Positions 38,971 to 50,473 of a stretch of 64,000 nucleotides of DNA are shown piece after piece. The stretch lies in contig CP145424.1 in the NCBI GenBank assembly GCA_036867785.1, positions 186,001 to 250,000 on the forward strand, given 5' to 3'. The translations under genes were made by a program, and so were the position numbers. Position 1 is the stretch's first letter, and the number at the start of each line of letters is the position of its first letter. The stretch is from Plasmodiophora brassicae. Its lineage: Eukaryota. The notes beneath the pieces were generated by a model. It worked only from the letters and a program-made list of their open reading frames with translations. It did not search any database and had not been told where the DNA came from.

Positions 38971-39254
38971 ATGCAGCGCGTCATGCGTGCCATTGGATCC
39001 GGAGGCACACGTCGCCCGTTCCATACGTCGCCGGTCCTGCGTGATGCACACGTACGCCATTGTCGCGGGGTGCATCCTGGCCCGGCTGGTGCACTGACCG
39101 ACGTCTGACGCCGCAGCACAACCCGCCGATCTGGGCGCCGGGACCGTTCAAGAAATCGACCGTCCTCGCCTGGCTGGCCTTCATCATCGGCGGCGGCGTT
39201 GGCATCCCGCTGTTCGCCCGCGAGGTCGCCATGCGCAAGGGAGGATACAAATAA
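38971..39254 (+). CDS. Small single-TM mitochondrial protein (cytochrome c oxidase accessory subunit-like), 2 exons
   Basis: Presequence-like MQRVMRAIGSGGTRRPFHTSPVLR; intron about 39051-39116; TM LAWLAFIIGGGVGIPLF. Confidence 0.6.
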
Positions 39255-39781
39255 TTCGCTGTCGCCCTGAACACCCCTCGCATACTACACCACGCTGCCG
39301 TCATTCATTTCATCGCTGCCCATTTACTGTGCTGCTCTATCCCCAGACGTAAGCACAACGCGCCAGCGCCGACCACTTTCTGCCGAGTCAACGCCTGCGC
39401 ACCTCATCCCGGAATACGCCCATGCTGGCCAAGGAGCGCACATGCAACAACCCTGAGCTGAGTCGTAAACGAACGCGTATGCCTTGTGAGCGATGTCGCC
39501 ATCCAGGCGTATCGCGACGGCATCCCTGCTGCGCGCGGCGGTCAGTGGGGACTGGGGAGGGGGGGCGCCGAAGGACACGTTCGATTTCGGCGCGGCACGG
39601 CAATTTTGTTGTTTGCGAGCCCCCCCATCCCCATCCCGCGAGTGACGCAGTTGTCGGCGTCACCGCAGTCCAGTGTCAACGGCATCAGCACGTGCTGGGC
39701 TTGGCGCCGCGCCGAATCTCTCATTTTGATATTCGGCGTCGGGGCGGCGGCGAGTCATTTTGTGTCCTCCGTTGAGCGGCG

Positions 39782-41290
39782 ATGGCGACGACGACGGCAG
39801 CGACGCGTTCGGTCGCGTCCGTGTGCCCGTTCCTGCGGGCGACCGGAGGGAAAATCTCGGCGACGGCCCTGCCCGCCATCGTCGAGTCGATTGGCCAACG
39901 GTGCTGCCCGTTCATCAAGGGCCTGCAGGAGCCTGTTCGGTGCACGCAGGCCTGTCAGGGCCGGGCGCAGCAAGCCAAGGCCCACGCCCTGATCGAGGAG
40001 AAGCTGGGCCAGATCAAGGCCGAAGGGCGATACCGCACCTTCTTCGACATCGATCGCACGGCGGGATGCTTCCCGCATGCGTCTTACGATAGCCGCGACA
40101 TCACCGTCTGGTGCAATAACGATTATCTTGGCATGGGCCAGCACCCGAATGTCTTACGTGCTATGCACGATGCAATCGACACTGTTGGAGCTGGGGCGGG
40201 TGGCACCCGGTACCAAATGCTGTCTCCCGTTCTGCTGTTATCGGTTCTCACTGCCCTCTAGGAACATTTCGGGGACGTCACATTATCATTCAGAGCTGGA
40301 AGCTGAACTGGCGTCGTTGCACGGTCACGAGAGCTCCCTGGTGTTTTCGTCGGGCTACGTTGCCAATGACGCCACGTTGTCAACACTGCCGACGCTGCTT
40401 CCCGGTGTCCACTTCTTCAGCGATGCACTGAATCACGCGTCGATGATTGCTGGCATCCGTCGTAGCGGTGCCCCCAAATCGATCTGGCGGCACAACGACG
40501 TGGCACACCTCGAACAGCTGCTGTCCGAGGCGGACGCTGACGTGCCCAAGGTCGTCGTGTTTGAATCTGTATACTCGATGGACGGCGATATCGCCCCCAT
40601 TGAAGACATATGCAACGTGGCCGATCGCTATGGCGCGCTGACGTTCATCGACGAAGTCCATGCCGTTGGACTGTATGGTCCTGAGGGTGCCGGAGTCGCC
40701 TCGCGAGATGGCTTGTCCGATCGGCTGACCATGATATCGGGGACGCTGGGGAAAGCTTTCGGGTCGTTCGGCGGGTACGTCACCGGTCCTGCCAAGTTGA
40801 TGGACGCTGTTCGCAGCTATGCCCCCGGGTTCATTTTCACGACCGCATTGCCGCCTGCTGTCGCTGCCGCCTCCCTGGCCAGCATTCGTGTGCTTCGTGG
40901 GCCCGAGGGTCGTCGCCTTCGTGTGCAACACCAGGAACGCGCCGCTTTCGTCAAGTCCACGCTTCGCAACGCAGGGTTGCCTGTCCTCGAATCTCCCAGC
41001 CACATTGTCCCTGTCATCGTGGGCGATCCTCGTCTATGCAAACGTGCGTCGGATGTGCTGTTGTCCGACCACAAACTGTACGCTCAGGTAAGACACTGTG
41101 AACGTCATCGTTTCGTACGATGTTGTGACCCGGTCATATGCAGCCGATCAATTATCCGACTGTCCCGCGTGGCACCGAGCGCCTGCGCCTGACACCGACG
41201 CCCCTGCATGACGACCGTGCTGTGCTCACGCTTCGGGATGCGTTGCTGGACGTCTGGGGCGGTCTGGGACTGCCTATTGCGGCTAATTAG
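39782..41290 (+). CDS. HEM1: 5-aminolevulinate synthase (3 exons)
   Basis: [82 protein letters not shown]. Confidence 0.97.
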
Positions 41291-41603
41291 TGTACGTCGG
41301 GCCAATGTCACTGCCGTCGTCGTCGGTTGTCATTGTCGAACCAGGGTTAGGGGATATTACTAAAGAAGACGGCATTCTGAGGAGCACAGGCTTGCGTCAT
41401 GTTCAGCGCCCGGACATATAAGTAGATCAAGGGCCGCATCCAGAGGAAGGTGCCATTGCTGGCTTCCTGAATCTTGACCCCATGCACCGTCATACCTGTT
41501 GCCCGTGTGCTGTCGATTTAGCTATACCCGCTGGACGTGGTGGGCTGCGCGTAACGTCAGCTCCTCGACTCGACGTTGCAGTGTGGTACTGGTCGGCCAG
41601 ACG

Positions 41604-41946
41604 ATGGCGACGCCCGCGCAAGCTCACCCGGAGCCCATCGTGAAGAATGCGGACATGAACGACATCATGATCGAGTTCTCCAAGTCGACGGCGACGAAGG
41701 CGTTCGCCGAGTGCAAACGCGAGGTCGACGTCGCCGCGTACCTGCGCACCGAGTTCGACCGCGAGTTCGGCATGACCTGGAACGTGATCGTCGGGCGACA
41801 CTTCGGATCAGATGTCAGTGCGGACCGTTTGGGCATCCAGGTTCCGACGCCTCAGCACGGCTCTGCATGGACAGGTGACGCACGAGGCGAAACGCTACAT
41901 CAACTTCCAGATCGGCCAGCTTTCCATCCTGATCTGGAAGTCGTAA
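41604..41946 (+). CDS. Dynein light chain LC8 family (2 exons)
   Basis: IVKNADM...[33 protein letters not shown]...ILIWKS. Confidence 0.93.
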
Positions 41947-42047
41947 CTGGCACGGATCCAACGCCTCTGGTTATCGATGTGGTACACCGTTTACTTTGGC
42001 CGAACATGTAACGGGCGCACAGTGCGAGGACGAACGCACAGCAACAG

Positions 42048-42312
42048 TCATTTCCGTTGTCGTGCCTTGTGGTCGTTGGCGACGGCTTCGAACCTGGACA
42101 GAAAGGGGGGGCGCGTCAGCATCTGCGTCAGACACGGTGCGACAGGCGCGGCTGACGGACAGAGTGGCAAACAGGCGAGTCAGGCTATCCAGGTTGTGAC
42201 ATGTGGCACTGGCCGTTTCCACCGACGCGTTCAGCGTGGCCATCGATCGTTCCAGGCGCGATAACGACGCGGCTAGGCGGTCGTACCCATCGATGACGAC
42301 ACCGTTCGGCAT
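42048..42312 (-). CDS. Small helical protein, possibly a DASH/Dam1 complex subunit (2 exons)
   Basis: About 65 aa amphipathic helix LSRLERSMATLNASVE...LTRLF with one GT-AG intron; resemblance to Dad1/Dad4 by eye only. Confidence 0.35.
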
Positions 42313-42488
42313 TTGGTGCCGTGCGGTCTGCGGAGACCCGCGCTGAACAGCGGCGGGCGCCTTTTTCGTTTACGCCGCCGCACTGGTGTCCTGACATACA
42401 CCGACGCGACGTAACTCGAAGCGAACGGACAGGGCATGGCGGTGATGTTCGTATTTCTATATGGCGAAAGTCCAGGTAGAGCGGCCAG

Positions 42489-43792
42489 TCACGTTGGAGC
42501 CATGGCAACGCATAGGATCTCGATCAGCAGGCGAGGATGCGGAAGCTGAGCAACCGCGACAGTGGTACGCGCTGGGCCGGACGCTGCGTCGAAGTACACG
42601 TTCCAGACCTCGTTGAAGCCGCTATAATCTAGGCACGGTTTGGATGGTACATATGGTATGGCGACGGGCGCGGTGCACCTTTCATGTCGACCAGGTAAAC
42701 GGTTGCCGACACGAGATGCGACAGATCCGCATCAGCGGCCATCAGGATCGACCTGTACGTACGCACCGCATCAGGCGACGCTTCCCAGGATACATGCCAT
42801 GGCAGTGACTTGATGTTTTCGAGAACTGCCGCCGTCTGCAGACGGATATCGAGAATCCATTCCCCTGACGCGGCCTACCGATGCCCTTAGCGAGACTTGC
42901 CGCATATGGAGACAGCGTCGCACCAGGGTGGCGCCCACGTGTGTATTGTCCGAGCGTCGGCTCGAGACGCCCGACACGTAGATCATCCCGCCGCAGACAC
43001 GTGCATGCGGGTACCGCGCCAGGGCGGCCGCCGCCGCATCTCCCAGTACTACAGGGCGCCCATTAACCGTGCCTGCCATTCGAATAAGGGCACTGCAGAA
43101 TTCGCCGCCGATCGGGGGGCGCCAGCCAGGGTCACCGTCTGCTGCTGGTTGGTGACCGCGACCAGATACGCCGGCGGGCGCTTCCTGCGCAAGCGCAATG
43201 AACGTGTTGCTGTTGCTGTCCGAAGCGGTTCGCGCCGAGCGGACTGCCGACTGCGGCTGAGACACATTGTCGAGTCACATTGCGGACGGTGCCAGGGGGA
43301 TCGGAATCGCAGGGCGGCGCGGACCATAGCGAGGAAGTCGTTCTCAGCCAGCGAGATCCGCAGCCACGACGACTGGTACGCCACGAACACGTCCAGCGCC
43401 CCACTCAGCACGTACGCGGACACCAGCCCAGCGGATGGCGGCCTGGGCAGCCCGCACCCAGCGTCAATGCGATGGCGGCGCACGCGGAACCCGTTCCAGC
43501 AATCACAGTTCACATGGCGTTGACGATGGCACGTTGTCGAGCTGCACACAACGAAAACGTCAACCGGGTCCGAAGCGAACGCGCGCCCACACACACACAC
43601 CCTGGTACATGTCGTCAAGGACAGCCGGCGTCGAACGCGCTCCCAGACACCGCCATCGTGGTCGAGCGTGGCCGGTTCGATCCGCCAGTACCGAACATGC
43701 GCGGCGGACGCCAGCGCAGTCAGCGACGGCAGCGGCCCGGCGCCCTGCGGACAGGGCTCCAGGTCGGCGTTCACCCATGCGAGGCGCACCAT
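42489..43792 (-). CDS. Degenerate acireductone-dioxygenase-like cupin fused to a RidA/YjgF (2-aminomuconate deaminase-like) domain
   Basis: RidA part from 43079: ARYPHAR...[31 protein letters not shown]...[19 protein letters not shown]. Upstream cupin [11 protein letters not shown]...[14 protein letters not shown] is joined in frame through intron 43257-43324. RidA is secure; the fusion is inferred. Confidence 0.7.
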
Positions 43793-44197
43793 GTGGCCGC
43801 CTCCAAAGTCGTCGTCGCCCCCGCCGCCGTTCCCAGGTGCAAAAAGGCGCGCGGATCGATACGGGGCGGCGCGGATCGACCTGCTCTATTCCTATTTCGA
43901 GCACGACGGCGGTATGGATGGTGGGGGACGCCGCCCGCGGTCCGCAAAAACCGGTTAGCGCTGCAGAACCAACCGGGCGGCGGTCCGGGGGTCCAAATCC
44001 GGACGTCCGAGGGGGCGAAACGTGCGGTTCGCGCACTCGAGGATAACCTGCCGGGGCGGGCCGGGTTGCGCAGTGGCCCCTCTAAAGATAGGCGACGTTC
44101 GGGTCGGGCTGCCGCGTGGCGGCGCGTGCGATCCCCGTCCAAACGGGGAAACGTGTCTCCCGTCGCCATCGGGTCGTCGTGAGTCCTCAGTCGGGAC

Positions 44198-44686
44198 ATG
44201 CGTTATAAGGCGGACGGTCTGCGCCTGTCCGGGCGCACGGAGGAGTCGTCGTTCAAGCCGGTCTGCGTGCCGGCGTCGCTGACGTCGCCACGGGTGGCCT
44301 CGAAACGGGCCGGGTATGGCGCTCTGCGCCACGACCGTCACAAGATCCCCTTGACGTACTGGACGCCGTACGATAACACGCGGCTGGCGCTCGCGGTCGG
44401 ATGCGCGGCCCCAGCAGCAGTCCCAGCGTCATCCCACTGCGAGGCAACAGGTCATCAGCAGCAAGCGAGGCAGCCGAAATCGACCACGTTCATGGCGATG
44501 TCGCCACCGCCGTTCCTGACCACGCCGATCGTCGAAGAGCAATGCGACCAGGTGGTCCACGCCAACCACACCGTCGTCTTCCTCCGGGACGTTATCAGGG
44601 CGGAACAGGCGGCCAAGGACAACGACCGCCTCATGAACCTGCCGGTGCCGGACTCGCCCGGATCGCATCAGTCGCCCAGCTCCTGA
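44198..44686 (+). CDS. Hypothetical protein (162 aa)
   Basis: ATG-initiated ORF filling an intergenic gap; no recognised motif. Confidence 0.45.
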   Translation: MRYKADGLRLSGRTEESSFKPVCVPASLTSPRVASKRAGYGALRHDRHKIPLTYWTPYDNTRLALAVGCAAPAAVPASSHCEATGHQQQARQPKSTTFMAMSPPPFLTTPIVEEQCDQVVHANHTVVFLRDVIRAEQAAKDNDRLMNLPVPDSPGSHQSPSS

Positions 44687-44828
44687 CTGTAACAATGTCC
44701 ATTATTATTTCACTCCACTGGCCACCGTCCTTCGCGTCAGCGTTCGTTCCCAGTCAGTGTATGCCTGCCCAGCTGGGCAGCCTCATGTGTATCGATAGCG
44801 TGGGCCTGTGCGGTCAGCAGTTGTCGGA

Positions 44829-45491
44829 TCAGAGGCACGCGCCGGCCAGGACCGCGACGATGCCGAACGTGGCCGCCGCGCTCATGCCGACGGGTGCAGC
44901 CGCCGACTTGGCCGTACCGGTACTGCCCGTCCCGTTGGACGCCATGAGCGCCTGGATGCCCGCGTTGTACTGGGCGGCCGACAGCGTGCAGTTCTCTGCC
45001 AGGAACGAGTTGTACTGCTCCGCGGTCAGCGTCGTCTGGCAGTAGAGGAAGTCGGCCACGGCCTGGGCGAGCTTCTTGTCGCCCGCCGTGTTCTGCAGGT
45101 CGCTGGGTCCCGTGTACGTCGTCAGGCCGGCGTCGGTGTACACCGTGCTGATCAGCGCCACGTCCGGCTGCGTGCAGGATGCCGGGCAGGCGTCCGCAGC
45201 CGATGCGCCGCACTGGCTCACGGCCAGCATGGCGGTCTGGAGACCCGCGGGGCACGCACCGGAGATGAACGTGCAGTTCCCCGTCGCCGGGTTCGGGGCG
45301 CACAACGCCGACAGCTGCAGGTTGGCCGGCGGCGTCATATCCTGAACACCGCACCCGCCGTTCGGGTTCTGCAACGCTAGGAACTGGCACACGGCATCCA
45401 GGCTGGCGGCCGACGGCTGCGGCAGCGCCTGCGACGACGCGGTCGCCACGAGGGCCACGGAGACGATCAGGCAGGCGACCAGCGACGACAT
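44829..45491 (-). CDS. Secreted cysteine-rich, probably GPI-anchored surface protein (220 aa)
   Basis: N-terminal signal peptide, multiple Cys, Ser/Thr/Gly linker and hydrophobic C-terminal tail; intronless. Confidence 0.85.
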   Translation of the reverse strand: MSSLVACLIVSVALVATASSQALPQPSAASLDAVCQFLALQNPNGGCGVQDMTPPANLQLSALCAPNPATGNCTFISGACPAGLQTAMLAVSQCGASAADACPASCTQPDVALISTVYTDAGLTTYTGPSDLQNTAGDKKLAQAVADFLYCQTTLTAEQYNSFLAENCTLSAAQYNAGIQALMASNGTGSTGTAKSAAAPVGMSAAATFGIVAVLAGACL

Positions 45492-45704
45492 GATTGCGAC
45501 AATGCAGGAATGAGCAAACAGGCGCGCGCGCGCGTGGCAATGCCGCAGCCGTGCTGTGCGCTACATTCCAGAACAGTCGAGACGTTCCAGAAGGTGTCTG
45601 GTCGCCCGCCGCGGATGAAGGTAAATCGGGGCCGCGTCGTCGCTCCGGACTGCGCAGCAGCACGAAGAAGGCCGACCGACGCGCACGCCCAGCGCCACGC
45701 CACC

Positions 45705-47539
45705 ATGGACGACGATCAGGACGCATACGAGGAGGCCCTGCACCTTGTAGGTCGCGGCGTTGGTTACCGGCGGGACCTGTGTCGATGACGTGCTGCAGGC
45801 CGAGGTCGTCGAGACGTTCAGGGTAGGGGGCGCGCCCCTGCGTGCCCGGCCGGTCGAAACCCTGATCTGCCCCTGTAGAAGTACGCCCGCCTGGCGATGA
45901 ACGAGCTGCAGCGCCATGCGAACCACTTCAAGGCAGGCCTGTTGAGTGCTGTATGGGCGGTCGCCCCGCCATCTAATCGTGGTTGTTCAGGCGCTCCCGG
46001 ACAAGTACAGGCGGTTGCTGCCCGACGTGCCCCGGTATCACAAGGAGGGCCTCGACCGCGTCGTTCTCAACCAGAAATTCATCGACGTCATCGTGAACGC
46101 ATCCGCCAGCGCGTTCCAGTCGAACGCGTCAGTAAGCGGACCGGGCCAACGCATTCGTGCCCCGAGGTCGTCTCACTGGATGCCGCCGCAGTGCCGCTGT
46201 CGACCCCGGCAAGGTCGTCGCCGTCACGCCTGCAAACTTTGTCGGTTGCCATCGCCGGCGCTTCCATGCATGCGAATGGTCACGTACTCATAGCGGTGGT
46301 GGTCCACAGGAGAAGATCAAGTCGACGCTGAGGCAATTCGTTCGGGAGTGGTCCGCCGATGGCGCCGACGAGGTACGCCGCGTCGTTCTTCGGTCGCGTA
46401 TTCTGGGCCCTGTCAGACACATCTGCACACAGCGTGGGCAGAGCTATGGGCGCCTGCTGCAGACGCTGTGCGACCTGTTCCCCGCCGACAAATGTGACCG
46501 CGGCCAGATCCGCGTCCTGACGCCGGGATCGGGCCTGGGACGCCTGACCTGGGAGGTCGCCCGACTCGGGTTCATGTCCGAAGGCAATGAGTTCTCGTAC
46601 TTCATGCTGATTGGATCGCATTTCATGCTGAACTGGTCCGTCTGCCCATGTCCTGCCTGCATGGGTGGGTAGAGGGGGGTGTGGACCTGTTTGCGCTGAC
46701 CGCCGTTGCTCATCAGTTACCCGGCTGACCGACCTGCTCTCGACCTGTACCCGTACGTCAGTCAGACGACGAACGTGGTGTCGCAGGCTGATCGGTTGCG
46801 ACGATTTCAAGTTCCAGATGTCCACCCTGCATCAACCCCTATTTCGGGTATGTTCAGTGTCGCGTGCCGTCCTTGTTCCTGGGCATCGACCCCACACTGG
46901 TTGACACCAGGGTCCATGTCGATGGTCGCCGGCGACTTCCTTGAAGTGTACACCGATGATGTCGACGGATTTGACGCCATCGTCACCTGTTTCTTCATCG
47001 ATACTGGTTGTTCGGCCCCTGAAACGGTTGCTCCAGTGTCCCTCGCCCGCTGACCCGTGCTTCGCAGCGCACAACATCGTCCAGTACATCGAAACGATCG
47101 CACGAATTCTCAAACCAGGCGGTTACTGGATTAACCTGGGTCATTGGAACGGGGCCACTGAGATGCTGCGGCAGCGTACTGATGGCCATTGCAGGTCCCC
47201 TGTTGTACCATTTCAGCGACACGAACGAGCTGTCCATTGGTGCGTCTATGCTGCTCTGGGCAAACTGTCACGCGTTGCATCGCTAATGTGCTGCTGCTCG
47301 CAGAACTGTCCTACGAGGAAGTGAAGGCGCTGTTGCCGACGTTCGGATTGACAATGATTGTATGTCGGCGCGCGGACAGGCATCTTTGTCTGCTTGGGAC
47401 TGATATTGCTGCTGCGGCTGCTGTGCAGGATGAGACCCTTCCTGTCGATTGCTTCTACGTGGGCAACGCGCGGTCCATGATGCAATTCCTGTACAAGTGC
47501 GCCTTCTTCACGTGCCAGAAACAATCGCCAATGCACTAA
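45705..47539 (+). CDS. CARNMT1: Carnosine N-methyltransferase (N2227 family), multi-exon
   Basis: KSTLRQFVREWS, VLTPGSGLGRL, GNEFSYFML, MSMVAGDFLEVY, VTCFFIDTAHNI, WINLGPLLYHF. Confidence 0.93.
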
Positions 47540-48052
47540 CACGGTGTCATGGATTGGCGCGCTCTCGGCCAGTTGTACTCGGTTAGCATTTCGCGCGTGA
47601 CCTGTGCGACCCACGTTGCGAGGGGCGGCCGTTGATGACAGTGGCCGGGAGGCGCCAGTTCGTGTCCAGTCTCGACAGTGCTGTCGGGGGACCGGATCGA
47701 CGATACTGGCGATCAAAGGAACGGGATCCGAATCGGCAGCCGTTTGAGGAGCGTATGCTCTTCCAGCGTGGCGTCCCTGTGTACGGCAGCAATTGCCGGT
47801 CCTGTTCGATGTTGTCGATGCTCGGACGGCTGGCACGGTGCCACCTTCTGGAACATCGTGGCGGTAGTGTATATATACGTGTGGACGGAAAGCGGCGGCC
47901 TGATGCGAGCAAGGCGGAGGGAAGGCATGACTCACCAGAGGCCATGACGTCAACGTTCCGGTGCGATCTGGATCCGGGTTGGCCGGTGGGCACAAACGTG
48001 AAACGTCGCCCAGATCCCTACCCGAGACAGACGCACACGCAAACAGCCATCC

Positions 48053-48505
48053 ATGCGCTCCCTGTCGTCGTCATCACCAATGCCCTGGACGCTGGCGTCG
48101 CGTCTGCTGGCCTGCGTCATCGTGTTCGTGTCTGAGAGCATCCTGGTCGCGACGTACTGCCACCCGTGGCAGTCCTGGACGTCTTTGTTCCAAGCCCTGC
48201 TACTGCTGTCGTTCCCGTCCATCGTCCTCGTGCATTACCTGCTGCAGGCGACCATGTTCGACAAATCGTCGCCCGTCGTTCACGTCATGATCTCGTTGCC
48301 GCGTATCTCCTGCTGCTTCTACGTCGTCATTCGCCTGGCGTCGATGGCGCCGTTCGCGTCGGCCGCCCTTCTCGCCCTGATCGGCCTCGACGCGCTGCAC
48401 CTGATCGATGTCTATTCCGCCTGGACCGTGTACGACGAGAACCCATCCATGGCGCGGCACCTGCTGCTGGACCCGGAACCCGACACGCTTGCCAGCACTG
48501 TCTGA
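48053..48505 (+). CDS. Hypothetical multi-pass membrane protein (150 aa)
   Basis: About four hydrophobic segments; intronless ORF. Confidence 0.55.
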   Translation: MRSLSSSSPMPWTLASRLLACVIVFVSESILVATYCHPWQSWTSLFQALLLLSFPSIVLVHYLLQATMFDKSSPVVHVMISLPRISCCFYVVIRLASMAPFASAALLALIGLDALHLIDVYSAWTVYDENPSMARHLLLDPEPDTLASTV

Positions 48506-49207
48506 TGTTAAAATGACCACATACGCACGTCCTCCCTATTGTCAGCACCCAGACGCGAAACGGCAAAGGCCACTGGAGCAACGCCGAGACCGGACAGCAG
48601 TCGGCCGACAATGCCTTTTACACGAAACCGTTTGGCTGATGTATTGGCGCTCTGCTGCTGCCGCTTCTCTATGGTTTTACTAGTCACATGATATGGGCAT
48701 GATCCAGGCCGGCCCCAACAGTGTCTCGAAGCAGCGACGTCGGCAGCAGCGGCCCGACTTGGCATGCAATGATCCCATTGGATCACGGAAACAGTACTAT
48801 CGCACACAGTATCCTGCTCTTTCGAAACTTGCCAGGGACACGCTAATGCTGTTGGGCTAATGGTGATGGACTCGTCAGTCCCCTCGGAGTGTGCGTTTCT
48901 CTGTACCTGGAGGCTATGACGCTACGTTCCTGCAGGTTCGCACGTCCGATGCGAACTTGTCGGTGATGATAACGTTTCCGATCTGGCATAGACGCTTATT
49001 CAGAGGCATGTATTATTCATTTGTCATTTCGTCTGCCACAACAAGAGTGTCTATGCCATGAAAACTAGTCGGTTAACCGATGGCTAACCAGTGGTCCTCG
49101 GTTAACCGGGACCGACCGCAAAATGGGCAGCCCCCCTCAAGCCGATGGGCTTGCCATTCCGCAAACCGCGTTGTGTTGCGTTGCGCCTGTTCCAGTCCAG
49201 CGGCCCC

Positions 49208-50473
49208 ATGCTGCGCATGTTGCTTCTGGCGGCTGTCGCCGTCGTGTCCCTGGTCGCCGCGCAATATCTCAGGGTTGCCGTCGTGTTCACTGACGTCAAG
49301 CTGGACGACAAGGTGGCGGTGAACTACCTGAGGTACTGCGGCCACTACTACCTCGTGATTGCCGTGATCACCTGCGTTGCTGACGTTCAACGCGCGCACG
49401 GCGACCTGCGCGACTTCCTGTCCGAGACGTACCGCGGCGATCATAGTACTGCATGCGATGTTCTCATCATGAGCGTCCCGAACGCGAAACAAAAACCAGC
49501 CCCGCATGAGAAGTTCTTCATCGGCGATGCATATTCTGAAACCCCATCGTTCCTGAACTATATGGACGGCCAGTTGTTCAACAGCCCCGCCGTCGTGGAA
49601 ATCTTCCAGATCGCGCCGACTCCGACTGAGTACATCGTTCGCCTCTCCCGGGCGACGACTTTTATGATTAGCCTGTACCACCTGAGCGTCGGGGACTGCT
49701 CGACGCAGTATGACTGGAAAGGTGACGCCAACCCTCGGGACGAGCACTTTTTCGTGACCAGCATCGGGGACGAGATCCGCCGCCGGAACCCGAACGCTGT
49801 CGTCGTGTTCTGCAGCAACAAGCAATCGTTCAACCCGCCGGGATCCGGCAGCTACCAGCCGTACGCGGCCATGAAGGACCTCCTGCCTGAAGCCCACCTG
49901 GAGGCATACCTAAAGGAACCGTTCCTCGCCGACCAGCTCCTGGAAGCCAAACAGGTCCTGGAGTACTGTGGCGCGTCCACCAGTACTCCCCTGTTCCCGA
50001 GCATACCTGAGCGCCGTGTGGAGGCGACACGCGATGGCCTGCACGAGCTGATCCTGGAGGCGCTCAAGAACGAGCGCAACAGCATGGGTCGCCAGCTTCG
50101 CCAGTACTTCCGCACGTATCTCGAAGAAGCCATCCGCGAGCTGAAGCGTTGCATGCAAGAAGGAGGCCACTCGCGCGTCTGGCAGCGCGGTGGCACGAAC
50201 CTGGTCAAACCTCTCGAACAGAATTTCCTCCCGGCCTTCCAAGACGATGCGGAAATGCAAATCCGGATGGACGATGTCAACCAAGTTGCTGCCGTCATCG
50301 ACGCCAAGGAAACCGACTGGGCCAACCTGACAGGCATGCAGATCGTCTATAATGTCGAGGATATGGTCTTCGAGCTCTCTCCCGCAGCTCATGTTGCCGA
50401 CGACAAAATGGTTTACGACGCGTCCCCCACAAGATGCCTCGATCTGTTGCGCTCCACCTTGCTGCCGCAGTGA
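49208..50473 (+). CDS. Secreted protein paralog 1, divergent nucleoside-hydrolase-like
   Basis: Signal peptide MLRMLLLAAVAVVSLVAA; VVFTDVKLDDKVAV motif; intronless; paralogous to 52011-53246. Confidence 0.8.
   Translation: MLRMLLLAAVAVVSLVAAQYLRVAVVFTDVKLDDKVAVNYLRYCGHYYLVIAVITCVADVQRAHGDLRDFLSETYRGDHSTACDVLIMSVPNAKQKPAPHEKFFIGDAYSETPSFLNYMDGQLFNSPAVVEIFQIAPTPTEYIVRLSRATTFMISLYHLSVGDCSTQYDWKGDANPRDEHFFVTSIGDEIRRRNPNAVVVFCSNKQSFNPPGSGSYQPYAAMKDLLPEAHLEAYLKEPFLADQLLEAKQVLEYCGASTSTPLFPSIPERRVEATRDGLHELILEALKNERNSMGRQLRQYFRTYLEEAIRELKRCMQEGGHSRVWQRGGTNLVKPLEQNFLPAFQDDAEMQIRMDDVNQVAAVIDAKETDWANLTGMQIVYNVEDMVFELSPAAHVADDKMVYDASPTRCLDLLRSTLLPQ

Noticed and set aside
45930-45992. Possible GC-AG intron in CARNMT1
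   Set aside because: A nearby in-phase GT donor is also available; not decidable without cDNA.
48680-49060. Possible snoRNAs (GTGATGA box-C-like motif near 48963)
   Set aside because: No properly placed CTGA box D or terminal stem found.
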